Below are positions 13,011 through 30,711 of a DNA stretch of 64,000 bases, one piece after another. The translations under genes and the position numbers were made by a program. A model generated the notes under the pieces. It was not told the origin of the DNA. It saw only the letters and a list, made by a program, of their open reading frames with translations, and did not search any database. Location of the stretch: assembly GCA_020137815.1 (NCBI GenBank), contig CM035355.1, forward strand, positions 1,550,001 to 1,614,000, written 5' to 3'. This stretch comes from Hormiphora californensis. Lineage: Eukaryota > Animalia > Ctenophora. Every line of letters begins with the position of its first letter. The first letter of the stretch is position 1.

Positions 13011-13485
13011 AGTTAGGAGAGATGTCCTTCACATATTTGTTCAGAGCTAGAGTTTTTTGAGTGATTATTCTTGTTCGTTTGTGTGTGGTGGGTGTATGGG
13101 TTAGTAGGATCTTGGCAACCGAGATATGGGGTAGAGTCTGAGGGTAGTGGAGAATTGGCCGAGTATGGGCCAGGAGAAAACAGTTACAAGAAATGTGTAC
13201 CGTTACGAAAACGGCTGAAAGTGCAGTTATTCCTGCAGACTGTAAATGAACACTTCGAAAGTGATGATAAGTACGTGTTTATCAATGACAATCTTACTAT
13301 TTATATGTTAACGATGTGTGCTAAACATGATTTACTGTTTCCAAGTAGTCTAGGTATGCTGTGTCCGTTTGTGTGTGCACCTTTGTGTTCTCTTGTGTGA
13401 TGACCATTTTTTAATTAACTTATTTAACTTAACTTATTTGTGTTTTGTGTATGTCTTTATTTTTTGGGTGTTGGGGTATAAGTGT

Positions 13486-13546
13486 AAGTGTGAGTGTGAG
13501 TTTGAGTGTGAGTTGTGTGTGTGTGTGTGTGTGAGTGTGTGTATGA

Positions 13547-13581
<35 letters not shown>

Positions 13582-13582
13582 G
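13486..13582. repeat. (GT)n/(GAGTGT)n microsatellite
   Basis: Visible repeat. Confidence 0.9.
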
Positions 13583-14093
13583 TGGTGTTTTCTAACTACC
13601 GTATTTTTAACTAACTTATTCGCCTTTTTCTATTCGATTTTAGTAATTTATTAAATCTGGTTAAATCTATCTGTCCGTTTGGCTCTCAGCTCATTGTTAC
13701 CAGTCTCATTGGTTCGTCTGTGTGTGTTTGTCCCGCTTTAGGTAACTGCTGTTGTGCTATTAGCCTCGGCCTGGAAGCGTATATTAATGTACTTAATTTT
13801 TAACTATATTTTATACGTATAGTGTAAGAGCGGGAGAGTCATATATTTTCTTATATTGACTCGATATAAATTGTGAAGTTCATATTCATATTCATATTCA
13901 GGTGGCACGCTATTTTGAATAGCGTGTTGACTGTCGGTCTTCACTCTTCGGAACTTGATTTCCGAAACCAAGTTCCAAAGACTGAAGAGTGAGGATAACT
14001 TCAAGGCCAGAATGAAAAAGAACTCAGTTTAGACTTGTCATGATCTACATATTAATATCTCGCTGTGCTCACATTCCCCAATTATCAATAGCA

Positions 14094-17925
<3,832 letters not shown>

Positions 17926-19040
17926 ACTGAGATCTTCATAGAGAGTTTTTTAACGATATATAGACTGATTTACTGGGACAGGCGGAGTTAATTTATTACC
18001 GAACACTACTATTTATTTTATCACGAGGGTAAATTTACATTCTTTTTAACCTTCTTTCACAAAAAACAGTTTGTTGTTCAATTGTTTCCCGAATCCGGTG
18101 ATTTTGCCACCGGTACAACTGGTAGTCGGTACCCCGGCTTTCGCAAAAAGTGATTTTGCCACTTGTCACAGTTGTAGGTGGTACTAAACGTAGCGCGCGG
18201 ATGCAACTGTACTGTGGCCACGACGCTTGGTGGGACTTTTTTACGCGCGAAATATTCAAGCGGCAGAAGTTCACTGTAATCGGCGAAAATAGAAACAATG
18301 CTCTGCTTCTGGTGCAGCGCGGCGCGTTTTAAATCTCGCTTTAAAAAAAAGAATCCGAAACTTTCCCAAATAAAATCTCAATTAAATCTCAAAAAACTGT
18401 TTCTCGTTTTCTTTTTTTTTTAAATCACTCTGGTCTCTTCCACACCGCAGACCGCTTAAGGGCAGTGGGCACCAAGAGACGTGTGATCCCAGTCAGAGTG
18501 GAAGATGTTGACTTTCGAGATACGTGAGCAGAGAGAGGGATAATGAGTATATGAGGGTGTGTGGGTAATTTATTGTAGTTTATTATGTTTCGTCTTCCAC
18601 ACCGTGTTCCAAATTGCTCTGCTACTACTTAATCATAACCGAGGGCCTCGGCCTTTCAGTGTCAGCTCGACATTATTTCCAGGGGCGGCAGGGGGTTTGG
18701 GGGTACGCGAGATACCCCCAGAAATCCGAGATTCCTAAAACCTGTATGATATTTCAAAAATCAAATAGCGTGCTAAAACGATCGTCCGGGTGGAAAAAAT
18801 CATGCACGCACACACAATTTTTGGGTGAACCAAGTTTCATCAACCATTCATTCGATCCACGTAAAACTGGTCAGGAGTGTGGCTCGCAGAAGAACCCTCT
18901 TTATGCTCTGCCGTCCCTGCTCGTTAATTGCATTTCTGCCTCCCCCGGTAATCGGTATTTAATGCAGAACACTGCATACGCTACAGTCTTAATATTTCCG
19001 TATCAACTAAATTACACTTTTCTTTCAGTAGCAACCAATC

Positions 19041-19406
19041 ATGTCTGTTCACCAAATCCAGGAGGAAGCCCAACTTGAAGACATCATCCTAGATAACCCT
19101 GAAAAACTAGTAGTTGCTGATTTCTACGCCTCGTGGTGTGGTCCCTGCTCTAAGATCACCCCCAAACTAAACGGTCTGGCGGGAGATGACAAGTACAAGG
19201 ATTCAGTTGTGTTTGTGAAGTGCGATGTGGATGAGGCAGAGCCTGAACTTCTTGAAAAGATGGAGGTTAACGCAATGCCAACATTCCGGTTCTTCAAGAA
19301 CGGCAGCATGGACCCAATTGACCTTTTTATCGGAGCTATTGAACCTAAACTAAGGGCTGTTATTAACAAGAATATGCCAAAACCGGGCGAGTCGAGCAAC
19401 AGCTAA
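19041..19406 (+). CDS. TXN: Thioredoxin
   Basis: VVADFYASWCGPC active site, MPTF motif, 121 aa. Confidence 0.92.
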   Translation: MSVHQIQEEAQLEDIILDNPEKLVVADFYASWCGPCSKITPKLNGLAGDDKYKDSVVFVKCDVDEAEPELLEKMEVNAMPTFRFFKNGSMDPIDLFIGAIEPKLRAVINKNMPKPGESSNS

Positions 19407-19747
19407 ATCTACAGATTCTACGGAGTGTTAATATTGTTTCTTATAGAAACACACCATTCTCTTTGTGAGAGAAATTTTAATCTAAATTATTGTTCCAGTT
19501 GTTTTGTATATAATTACCTTGTCAGAAAACTAAATTATTAATCAAAGCTTTTGTTTTTCTCAAATATATCCCTGCAACCTTTCATTCCTGTCCCGATGAT
19601 ATCCTTGTTATCCCTCTTGTTACTACTAAAACCCCTGCATTATCTAGGTAGGTGAAAGTAACACAGCAGCAGCATCAGATTGCAGCTCTATTCTCTCCCT
19701 CCCACCACTTTCTAGCTCTCTCACAACCCCTCTACAACTACTACATC

Positions 19748-21849
19748 ATGGGCCGAAAGAAGAAGAAGCCCCTGAAGCCGTGGTGCTGGTATTGCAACCG
19801 TGAGTTTGATGATGAGAAAATCTTGGTTCAGCACCAGAAAGCACGGCACTTTAAGTGTCATGTGTGCCATAAAAAGCTCTACACAGCCCCAGGTCTGGTG
19901 ATTCACTGCATGCAGGTAAGTGTGGTGAGAGAGGGAGAGAGAGATGGAGCTGTCTGTGATATTTCAGAGAGAGAGAGATTCCATAAGTGATATTTGATTC
20001 GGATTGCAATTGATTCGGATTGATTCTTGAAACTGATATTTTCTCACAGATATATTGTCATTTGCAACTTACACACAGTAAGTGAGTCACCAATTACATT
20101 TATTAATTTTGGGAAATTTCACAATAATGTTCAATTTCGGTTGAACTCAAAAAGTTATAATCCCACCACGCCACATCGAGATTGAGCAACTCAACCGCCA
20201 CATGTTAGTAAGTGAACCGGCACCATCTCCCCCCTCTCCCCCTTCCTAATTCCTCATCCTATTACCCAGGTTCACAAAGAGACAGTAGACGGTGTTCCTA
20301 ATGCCCTGCCGCATCGTAATAATGTGGAGATAGAGATCTATGGGACAGAGGGTATTCCTCCTGAGGATGTTGTCATACATGAGAGGGAGGTTAGAGATAG
20401 GGAACGTAAGTCATAATAACTGGAGATGTAATCCAATCAACTCAATATCCTATTTTATTAGGACTCATTCTCATCATTTGTGGCCCCTCGTTTGTGATAG
20501 TTAACATATAATATCTGTAATCCCTGCAGGTGGAGAAGGGAAGGATGGAGGGGCAGGAGGGATGGACCCTGTACAACAAATGGCCATGATGCAGGCTCAG
20601 GGTATGATGTTTGGACAACCACCACCTCACATGCCTCCGCACATGCCCCCACACCAGGGTATGTAAAGGGTGTTTCAAAATTATTGATCATTAAATTAGT
20701 TTTTTTCCAACTTTTCCGAAGATTGTTCTAAGGCCTTTAGTTCTTGAGTTTGTCTGCTTTGATTATCCTCCAGTGGCAGGATTCAAGCATGAATTTTATT
20801 ATATTCTGCACACCAGACTCTGGTGACTAGAGTACGTTTGGGATCCCTGGTTCCATTCTCTAAACTCTACACTCCACTCACTCTCCGCAGGTTATGGTGG
20901 TCCCCCGCCCGGTATGCCGCCCCCGGGAATGCCCCCTCCGGGCCCGCCACCGCCCTCAATGAACCACTACAACATGCCGCCCAACCAGCAACAACAACAC
21001 CACCAACAACAGCAGGGGTACAACATGCACCAAAGAGGGCCCCCTGGACCTGGTTATAACAATATGGGGGGTGGACCACCCCCGCCCCACAACTTAATGG
21101 GACGGGGAGGACCACCGCCTTCCCGGGGACCCCCACCACGACCTGCTGCACCACATGAAATCATGAACAGGTATAAAGTGGTCTTAGTTTGTGTTTGAAA
21201 ATGGGAGTGAGACTGGAACAAAACATTGTTTAACCCTCTCTCTCTCTCTCTGTTAGGCCCATGCTCAACAGGATGCAGCATGGTGGACCCTCGATTGGTG
21301 CCAGACCCATGCTCTTCCCCTCTGCTGGTAATGGACCCCCACCCGGTCCACCCCAATTCCCGTCATCCCAGGCACCTCCCAGATCGGATATTCCTCCACC
21401 CCCTCCCGCCATGAAAACACAACATCAGGTGGGACAATTCTACAATAACGACCACACAACTAGCAGAGTTCTTCGCGCGCAACAGACTTGTTCGCGCTAG
21501 CCCTCTTTTCAGGATGCGCGTTGCTCTAAAAAACCGCCCACTTCTCCAAAACATCAACTTTTTTTGCAGGAAATGGCACCAATCAAGCCGACCCTGATAA
21601 ACGATTCCCAAAAGCTAATCTACGCAGATGACGACCTCTCAATGGTAAAAACATCTTCCCCGCCCCGAATATTGCTGCTGCTTCCTCTCTTCCTGATAAC
21701 ATGGTCCCAAACTTCCCCTCCGCTAACTCCAATACCACTTTCAGGAGGAGAGAAGGGCGATATCTCGGCGGTTACACGGCTCAGGTGCAGTCATTTCAGC
21801 GCAACCAGTACAGGCCACACACAGGTTGATGCCTCCTGTACGGTACTAG
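19748..21849 (+). CDS. ZNF207: BUB3-interacting zinc finger protein BuGZ (multi-exon)
   Basis: [51 protein letters not shown]...EIYGTEGIP, Pro-rich middle, GLEBS-like [15 protein letters not shown]. Confidence 0.95.
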
Positions 21850-22264
21850 ACTCTCTCGCGTCCCTAACACAGGTTTGGTTAGACACCGAGGGCCGGAGAC
21901 GAAAAGAAAGAGTGGATTTTTATTTTATTATTATTTTTTCTCTAATTTTCATCCTGGCCCATCTCATTCGGTGCAGACCGGTGAGCAAATGATAGAAATG
22001 ATAGAAAGAGAGATAGACTGATTGTGTTTTAATCCCCTGTCGTCTGTGTTTGAACGTTTATTTTCATTTTATTTGCCTCTTCCCCCCACTTTAAACTTTG
22101 CCTATATCGATTTGAATCAAAGATTACGAAAAAACCACACACTCATTAAATACTCAAATCGGCTCGTGATGCGTGATGTTTCTCGCTGGTAGTGCGTATT
22201 GAAACTCGACTAATGTCCACAAATGATATAATCGGCCGATCACTTGACTTCTACTCTCTATAAT

Positions 22265-22748
<484 letters not shown>

Positions 22749-22888
22749 ACCCTTTTTATATCCTTATTCGGTCACTTTCTCGTTAATTAAATATTTACCA
22801 GTCTCATTAATTACTCATTGGGCGTTTTTGTTTCTCTCCTTTCTGGCAAACTTGAACTTGTTCTTACTGGCAGCGATAATAGTGCATT

Positions 22889-25800
22889 ATGAATGAAACA
22901 CTGAGTTTCGGGTTAAATGCCCTCTATCTCACACTCTCCGGGGCAACTGTACTGTGTAGCGTAGTCGCCATATTTGGTGAGTGGTTTTATACCTGTCTGG
23001 CAGACCCTGTTTCGACTTGTTGAGTTACTCAACAAATTTCGACAGTCCGCAGAGATAGGGTCAGCGCCACATATATTATTCTCATCTGATGATAGATATA
23101 ATCATAATTCACAGTACTACTTGTTGTCAACTATTAATTATTATCTCATCTCACATTTCAGCCACTCATTTCATTCAATAATCATTACCCAAGGTTCCTT
23201 GGTAGCAAATCTCACCCGAAACAGGCAGGAAACATTGCACTGTCAATGTAAACCCCACCATTTACGGTTTACCCCCCTGATCTGCAGGTAATATTGTGTT
23301 GATAGCGTTTTACTTTCCTGACCGCTGCAAGACCGCCCCCTTCCTCTATCTCTCCCTGACCCTCTCTGATCTTCTTGTGGGGATTGTGGCCGCAGGTATG
23401 TGTGGGCAGAACTAGCCTCTTCTCTTGTTGAGGTGGGACCATGCTCTAGCAATTTGTGTGAGGTACCCACTGGGTACCCACTGTCAGAGCTTGACACTTA
23501 TCATTTCTTCACGAGAACCGTGGTCAGACTATTGGCCTGACAGGGTACCCATAATTATGGGGAACTCCATGTTGTATGGTCAAGGTGGATATGGTGAATG
23601 CTTTGTTTAACCCAATAGAGCTGGTATTTTGTCTCACATCAACCCATACTTCATGGTTGGTAACGAAGTTACCCCTCTCTTGCCGGCACGCGAAGCACGC
23701 CAAACGAAGGCCGCGAAACAGAGTGTGAGGTGTCTTCGATACCAAACTTCATGGATAGTTTTATTAGAACGTGTTGCGGGGGAAAATAACAGGTTTAAGT
23801 TTACCTGACACAATGTTCATGTCCTGGCAATAAATTTACACTTACATTTCTCACTATTCAATTCTCAACATTGGGTAAACTTTTCCAGCTAAACAACTAA
23901 AAACTTCACCTGTCACAGCCAATGCTCTGACCACGATTCTCTTGAAAGGAATGAGAATAGGGTCAGGCCAAAGCTCTGACAGCACAAGTAACAATATTTC
24001 CCCTCCCACTCCTCCCCATTGTATCTAAGCAATATCTCCCTCCCTCCAGGTGTGGGCTACGTCATGATGGAACGCCAACTAACAGGACCCATATCTGAAA
24101 CCCTCCACTCAGCACCTGTGACGTTTTTCACAAAGCTCTACAGTTCGGCATTCTTCCTCGGGTCACGTACCTCTGCGTTCATCACGTGTTGTTTGAGTGT
24201 TACACAGACTATTCAGGTATGCGAGAAATTTGGGATTATTCGGGCATAATTCCAAGTTCAATTTGAATTAGTTACCGTCTATTTAATCCATTATATTATA
24301 GCGCGGTCATGAAGTTCATAAATTTAATGTATTTGCGTAATTTTTAATTTCAAGGTAGACATTATCAGGGTGTGAACTGCATGTCGTGTTTGCTAGTCGC
24401 GAGCGCGCTTGCGAGACAAGCAAACACGTCAAGGTTCATTAACAAGCATGCTGCTCAGTCATTTTAGATTTAATACACAATGTAAGGATACCATGTAATA
24501 GGTGAGACTCTTGCCGTCACCCTCGTTCAAGTCCCGTGAAAAACGGAGCAGTACACGCAAACTGATGCCCATTTTCCTCGCGTGACCCCGATTCAGCAGT
24601 TTGAGACACCAACTCTTTAGGGGGCCATATCTCAGCAACCAGACAAGATAGGAAAAATCGCCGTCTAACGAGGCGTACAGTTTTTAATCTAGTTTACCAC
24701 TGTACCGGCCGTTTCACTCTCCGACCTAAAACAAAAATCGCAACCCCACAAAACTTCAAAATAATGAAATTCGCATCTCGCATGTCGTGTTGCATGTCGT
24801 GTTGCATGTCGTGTCATGTTATTGACGCGCTCGCGTTCAACTCTCACACAGCAGCTGCAGAACATGGCGGGAAACATCGAGGAGTAGAGAGAGGGTCGGT
24901 GCCGAATCAAATATTTCTTGATCTTGATCTACTCCATCTCTCAGCTATCCTACCCCTCATCAACTCGATCTCTCAGCTACCCTACCCCTCATCTACTCCA
25001 TCTTTCAGCTACCCTACCCCTCATCTACTCCATCTTTCAGCTACCCTACCCCTCATCTACTCCATCTTTCAGCTACCCTACCTCCGATTTACTCCATCTC
25101 TCAGCTACCCTACCTCCCATTTACTCCATCTCTCAGCTTCCCTACCTCCCATTTACTCCATCTCTCAGCTTACCTACCTCCCATTTACTCCATCTCTCAG
25201 CTTCCCTACCTCCCATTTACTCCATCTCTCAGCTACCCTACCTCCCATTTACTCCATCTCTCAGCTTCCCTACCTCCCATTTACTCCATCTCTCAGCTAC
25301 CCTACCTCCCATTTACTCCATCTCTCAGCTTCCCTACCTCCCATTTACTCCATCTCTCAGCTACCTTACCTCCCATTTACTCCATCTCTCAGCTCCCCTA
25401 CCTCCCATTTACTCCATCCCTCAGCTTCCCTACCTCCCATTTACTCCATCTCTCAGCTACCCTACCACCCATTTACTCCATCTCTCAGCTTCCCTATCTC
25501 CCATTTACTCCATCTCTCAGCTTCCCTACCTCCCATTTACTCCATCTCTCATTTATACTAACATTCCTACACCTGAGAGATGGAGTAAATGGGAGGTAGG
25601 GAAGCTGAGAGATGGAGTAAATGGGAGGTAGGGAAGCTGAGAGATGGAGTAAATGGGAGGTAGGGTAGCTGATAGATGGAGTGAATGGGAGGTTGGGTAT
25701 CTGAAAGATGGAGTAAATGGCAGGTAGGGAAGCTGAGATATGGAGAAATGGCAGGTAGGTAAGCTGAGAGATGGAGTAAATGGGAGGTAGGGTAGCTGAG

Positions 25801-28800
25801 AGATGGAGTAAATGGGAGGTAGGGTAGCTGAGAGATGGAGTAGATGAGGAGTAGGGTAGCTGATACATGGAGTGAATGGGAGGTTGGGTAGCTGAGAGAT
25901 GGAGTAAATGGGAGGTAGGGAAGCTGAGAGATGGAGTAAATGGGAGGTAGGGAAGCTGAGAGATGGAGTAAAACTAAATGGGAGGTAGGGAAGCTCAGAG
26001 ATGGAGTAAATGGGAGGTAGGGAAGGTAAGCGATGGAGTAAATGGGAGGTAGGGAAGCTGAAAGATGGAGTAAATGGGAGGTAGGGAAGCTGAGAGATGG
26101 AGTAAATGGGAGGTAGAGTAGCTGAGAGATGGAGTAAATGGGAGGTAGGGAAGTTGAGAGATGGAGTAAATCGGAGGTAGGGAAGGTGAGGGATGGAGTA
26201 AATGGGAGGTAGGGAAGCTGAGAGATGGAGTAAATGGGAGGTAAGGTAGCTGAGAGATGGAGTAAATGGGAGGTAGGGAAGCTGAGAGATGGAGTAAATG
26301 GGAGGTAGGGAAGCTGAGAGATGGAGTAAATGGGAGGTAGGGTAGCTGATAGATGGAGTGAATGGGAGGTAGGGAAGCTGAGAGATGGAGTAAATGGGAG
26401 GTAGGGAAGCTGAGAGATGGAGTAAATGGGAGGTAGGTAAGCTGAGAGATGGAGTAAATGGGAGGTAGGGTATCTGAAAGATGGAGTAAATGGCAATTGG
26501 CAGGTAGGGAAGCTGAGATATGGAGTAAATGGGAGGTAGGTAAGCTGAGAGATGGAGTAAATGGGAGGTAGGGAAGCTGAGAGATGGAGTAAATGGGAGG
26601 TAGGGAAGCTGAGAGATGGAGTAAATGGGAGGTAGGGAAGCTGAGAGATGGAGTAAATGGGAGGTAGGGTAGCTGAGAGATGGAGTAAATGGGAGGTAGG
26701 GTAGCTGAGAGATGGAGTAGATGAGGAGTAGGGTAGCGGAGAGATGGACTAGATTAGGGGTAGGGTAGCTGAAAGATGGAGTTGATGAGGGCTAGGGATT
26801 CCCTACCCCTAATCGTTTCCATCTCTATGCTTCCCTAATAGGGAAGCTGAGAGATGGAGTAGATGAGGAGTAGGGTAGCTGAGAGATGGACTAGATAAGG
26901 GGTAGGGTAGCTGAAAGATGGAGTAGATGAGGGGTAGGGTAGCTGAAAGATGGAGTAGATGAGGGGTAGGGTAGCTGAAAGATGGAGTAGATGAGGGGTA
27001 GGGTAGCTGAGAGATCTAGTTGATGAGGGGTAGGATAGCTGAGAGATGGAGTAGATCAAGATCAAGAAATATTTGATTCGGCACCGACCCTCTCTCTACT
27101 CCTCGATGTTTCCCGCCATGTTCTGCAGCTGCTGTGTGAGAGTTGAACGCGAGCGCGTCAATAACATGACACGACATGCAACACGACATGCAACACGACA
27201 TGCGAGATGCGAATTTCATTATTTTGAAGTTTTGTGGGGTTGCGATTTTTGTTTTAGGTCGGAGAGTGAAACGGCCGGTACAGTGGTAAACTAGATTAAA
27301 AACTGTACGCCTCGTTAGACGGCGATTTTTCCTATCTTGTCTGGTTCCTGAGATATGGCCCCCTAAAGAGTTGGTGTCTCAAACTGCTGAATCGGGGTCA
27401 CGCGAGGAAAATGGGCATCAGTTTGCGTGTACTGCTCCGTTTTTCACGGGACTTGAACGAGGGTGACGGCAAGAGTCTCACCTATTACATGGTATCCTTA
27501 CATTGTGTATTAAATCTAAAATGACTGAGCAGCATGCTTGTTAATGAACCTTGACGTGTTTGCTTGTCTCGCAAGCGCGCTCGCGACTAGCAAACACGAC
27601 ATGCAGTTCACACCCTGATTATATTTCTCTCTCTATGTGCATGAGAGTGCAAATGAGAGGAAGTCCGTCACATTGTGACTCACAGCGGAACTAGGAATGT
27701 TTTGTGGTTTTCATTCGAGCATATTTTCATTATTCAGATGAAATAGAGAGAGCATGTCTGAAAAGCTCTCCCTTTATTTCTCTCTGTCTGTTGTCGTAAA
27801 GAAAGGACTGGTCTATCGAGTCTGTCAGTGGTGAAATATGTGCATAATTAATGAGACAGTCCAATAGCACTGCAGTTTAATTACCCTTTCCTTCTCACAG
27901 CCTTTGGGAATTAGGTCTAGCTACAATATTTAACGCTAGGTTTAGGCCTGGGAAATTAATTAAGAACCCTCCAATATTTCTCATCTCTCGAAATGAGGTC
28001 TTTTTTCTACCCTCCACTATTTCACCAGATAAGATCTGTTTTCTACCCTCCACTATTTCCCCAGATAAGATCTGTTTTCTACCAACCAAGATTCAGCATT
28101 CTGGCGACATCTCTCCTCTGTTATGTAGTGGCTTGGCTCGCCGTGGCTCTTTCCTATTTTACTGTCGGTCAGGTAAGATATCATGGTTGGCGTCGTGGTT
28201 GAGATCCAATCTTCTATTATGAAATTAAATAGTTGACTTCATGCCAAGATCATCAACTTTTGTTCTATTTATATCTGACAATATTTCCCCATTTCTTTCT
28301 GATACCCCTTTTCCGGTTCTCGTATTCTTTCCTCTCTTCTACAGAAGTATCAATATTATAGGAGGAGCATCTCTTAAAATTATGCCCCAAAACTCCGTCC
28401 GGTGCCTAATATGAATCATATCAACATCACAATTCACGCCCCCCCCCCCCCAGTTGGCATGTGATAACCCGTATCTGATTTGTGCCCCCGATGTTCATCC
28501 TGAGATACTGAACAAGATCCTCTTCTACGGTATCCCCTTCGCCCTCCCTACCCTACCTGTCTTTGTATGTGGTAAGTGGTTGGGGGTTTAAACCGTACCC
28601 ACGTTTGGAGTTACAGCAGACCAAACGATTCAAGCAAGTTGTAATAAACCATTTACTGGTCCCGGACCTTTCAATAATTCCACGTGGAATGTGGATAGGT
28701 TTAAAATTAGGGCTGGGTTTGAAAAATTTAACAAACCTTCTGACCCAATGCCTTGTAATACTGGTATACCCAGACTGTGGTGTATTATGTTATCAGTTGT

Positions 28801-30398
28801 ATTGGTAATCAGGTAATACGAGTGGGAAGGAATAGAGAATTAATAGATAATGGTGGAGAGAAATAAAAGAACGAGATAGGTAAAGTAGGCACTGCTTGTA
28901 CCAAAACAACAGTCAATAGTAATTACCCAGTACAGAGTAGTGGTCCAATTCGTAGAATGCTGCACCTTATTCTGGGTAGTGTGCCCATGTCACAGGAATT
29001 ATAAAATTTGGCTTTTTCTAAGAAAAAAACACCAAAAGCTGTCGCCGTAATTTTATCCGCGAACAAAAGCAATAATAAAGGCTGTCGACAGCTGTCCTAA
29101 CTTATTCAGTCATATAATTCTGGGTAGTGGGTAATACAATGTGTTCACATCACTAGATTTAGGAAATTGGGAAATTTCCCCGAAATAGGGCATAGCAAGA
29201 AAGTTGGCCAAGAAAGTTGTGGGAAAATGTTTACTGTCTGACTCGGCAGCAAATTAAAAAAACCTGTTCTGAATGTGACAAAATCCCTAAACGTCTAAGT
29301 GATCGTCTTCTGTGTCATGTTGCACCCTCCCGCACAACTGGTGTGAACAATGGAAATAACAAATTACTATCCACCAGTCTACACAAACTCATTCATAGAA
29401 TCCTAAATTTCTAAATCCCCTAGGTGTGGTGACTTGCTATACCCTTGCCCGGTATCGGTCCCTCCGAAAAAGAGACAAGACTACTCTAACAGTGGTGATG
29501 ATTACTCTCCTATTCTTGGTCTTCAACTTAGCCTTCATAACACACTTCTACTTTCATGAGGTACCTGTCAATATACTCGTTGATAACTTTGCGGTTAACT
29601 ATTAGTGTGTTTCTCTCCAACCAGTTAATAACTTTGCGGCTAACTAAGTGTGTTTCTCTCAGTTGATATACGGAGATGACTACCACGATATATCTGATCT
29701 AAGGAGAGATGAGATCCTGTTTTTTCTAACCCATACATTTAGTACTATCCTGGTCTCTTCGATTAACCCTGTCATCCTTATTTTGTAAGTTTATCATTTC
29801 ACCGTTCTATTTAACTTTCTCTCCAGAGGTCCACTGGAGCTCTTAGAATTTGTATATTAACTGCGTGGTGAGGAAGCAGAGGGGAGTGTCTAGTTATCTG
29901 GGCCGGGTGGGCTTTTGTAATTGATTAATGTTAGGCGGCATTTTTTGCCCTCTTCTGGGAATCGAGAGGTACTGAAAGGAGAGAGAATGCAAGAGGTTCC
30001 CTTTTATGCAGCCCTTTTTATTATTTATCTCTCTTTCGTGTTTCTTTCTTCTATTTTCCCCACCAGCTTCCCACGTTTTCTTATCACCCTAATACTCCCA
30101 CCCGCCACCACGCAGGAGAAAGAGGGGACTACGGGCAACCCTCCGTGAACTATCAAGTCGTCGAGCTACCGTCCACCCACCCCGCCGTCTGGCAATCTGC
30201 CAAGACCTCTCAACACAAGCCGGACACCGGTTGTCATTGTTATCATATCGGAGGTTAACTCTCTTTTCACAGGAACCCCCTCCAGTAGGTGGGGAGTATA
30301 GGGTAAGGACATCATCAGCTATGATGAAAGTTAGTAACTGTGGATTTGTGAAGGAGGTCCCGACAATACTGGACCATTGTGAAAATGAGTGGAGGTAA
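22889..30398 (+). CDS. Divergent class A (rhodopsin-like) GPCR, about 8 exons
   Basis: Exons: MNETLSF...VVAIF (22889), GNIVLIAFY...LSLTLSDLLVG (about 23288), SRTSAFITCCLSVTQTIQ (24050), ILATSLLCYVVAWL, FYGIPFALP, TTLTVVMITLLFLVFNL, SSINPVILIL and a basic tail from about 30116. Confidence 0.8.
23481..23543 (-). mobile_element. 63-bp micro-transposon copy (degenerate)
   Basis: CTGTCAG...CTGACAG termini; 8-bp TSD GGTACCCA. Confidence 0.75.
23910..23982 (+). mobile_element. 73-bp micro-transposon copy (degenerate)
   Basis: Two GCCAA(T/A)GCTCTGAC motifs flank an internal inverted repeat; no TSD recognisable. Confidence 0.65.
24366..27617. mobile_element. 3.25-kb foldback element with 28-bp minisatellite arms, in a GPCR intron
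   Basis: CAGGGTGTGAACTGC...GCAGTTCACACCCTG termini; 5-bp TSD ATTAT. About 560-bp unique inverted arms, then opposed (CCATCTCTCAGCTTCCCTACCTCCCATTTACT)-type arrays. Confidence 0.88.
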
Positions 30399-30711
30399 TA
30401 TTTGTGATGGATTGCCAGTGCGATGATTGGTGTGTGAGGGATATCTATTTGTGGAGATAGTGTTCGACGTGTTGAGCATACTTATCTAGCTCGACCCTCT
30501 TTTCTCGAGCTCCGGTTTGAACAAAACAAGAGTATACCGGATGGGGACATTTTGAGGCAGTCTGAGCTTTGAAAGAAACTGGAATGAAACATATTTTCAT
30601 AACCTATTGTGTGACGTAACTTTTGACTTTTTCTTTATAAATTCGAGTTTTTATGGGAGAAAGACATTCATTAGTCTATCTCCCAACTTCTAGTGAATCT
30701 TTCCAGGACCC

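Larger units (their letters stand above)
8761..13795 (+). mobile_element. 5'-truncated non-LTR retrotransposon, L2/CR1 group
   Basis: Zinc-knuckle ORF1 remnant, intact APE-RT ORF2 and a long putative 3' UTR with minisatellite and (GT)n. The 3' end near AAGCGTATATTAAT is approximate. Confidence 0.8.

Noticed and set aside
24764-27219. Long Ser/Pro/Leu-rich ORFs
   Set aside because: Translations of the 28-bp minisatellite; the same applies to the ORFs at 7742, 12382, 47232 and 56926.
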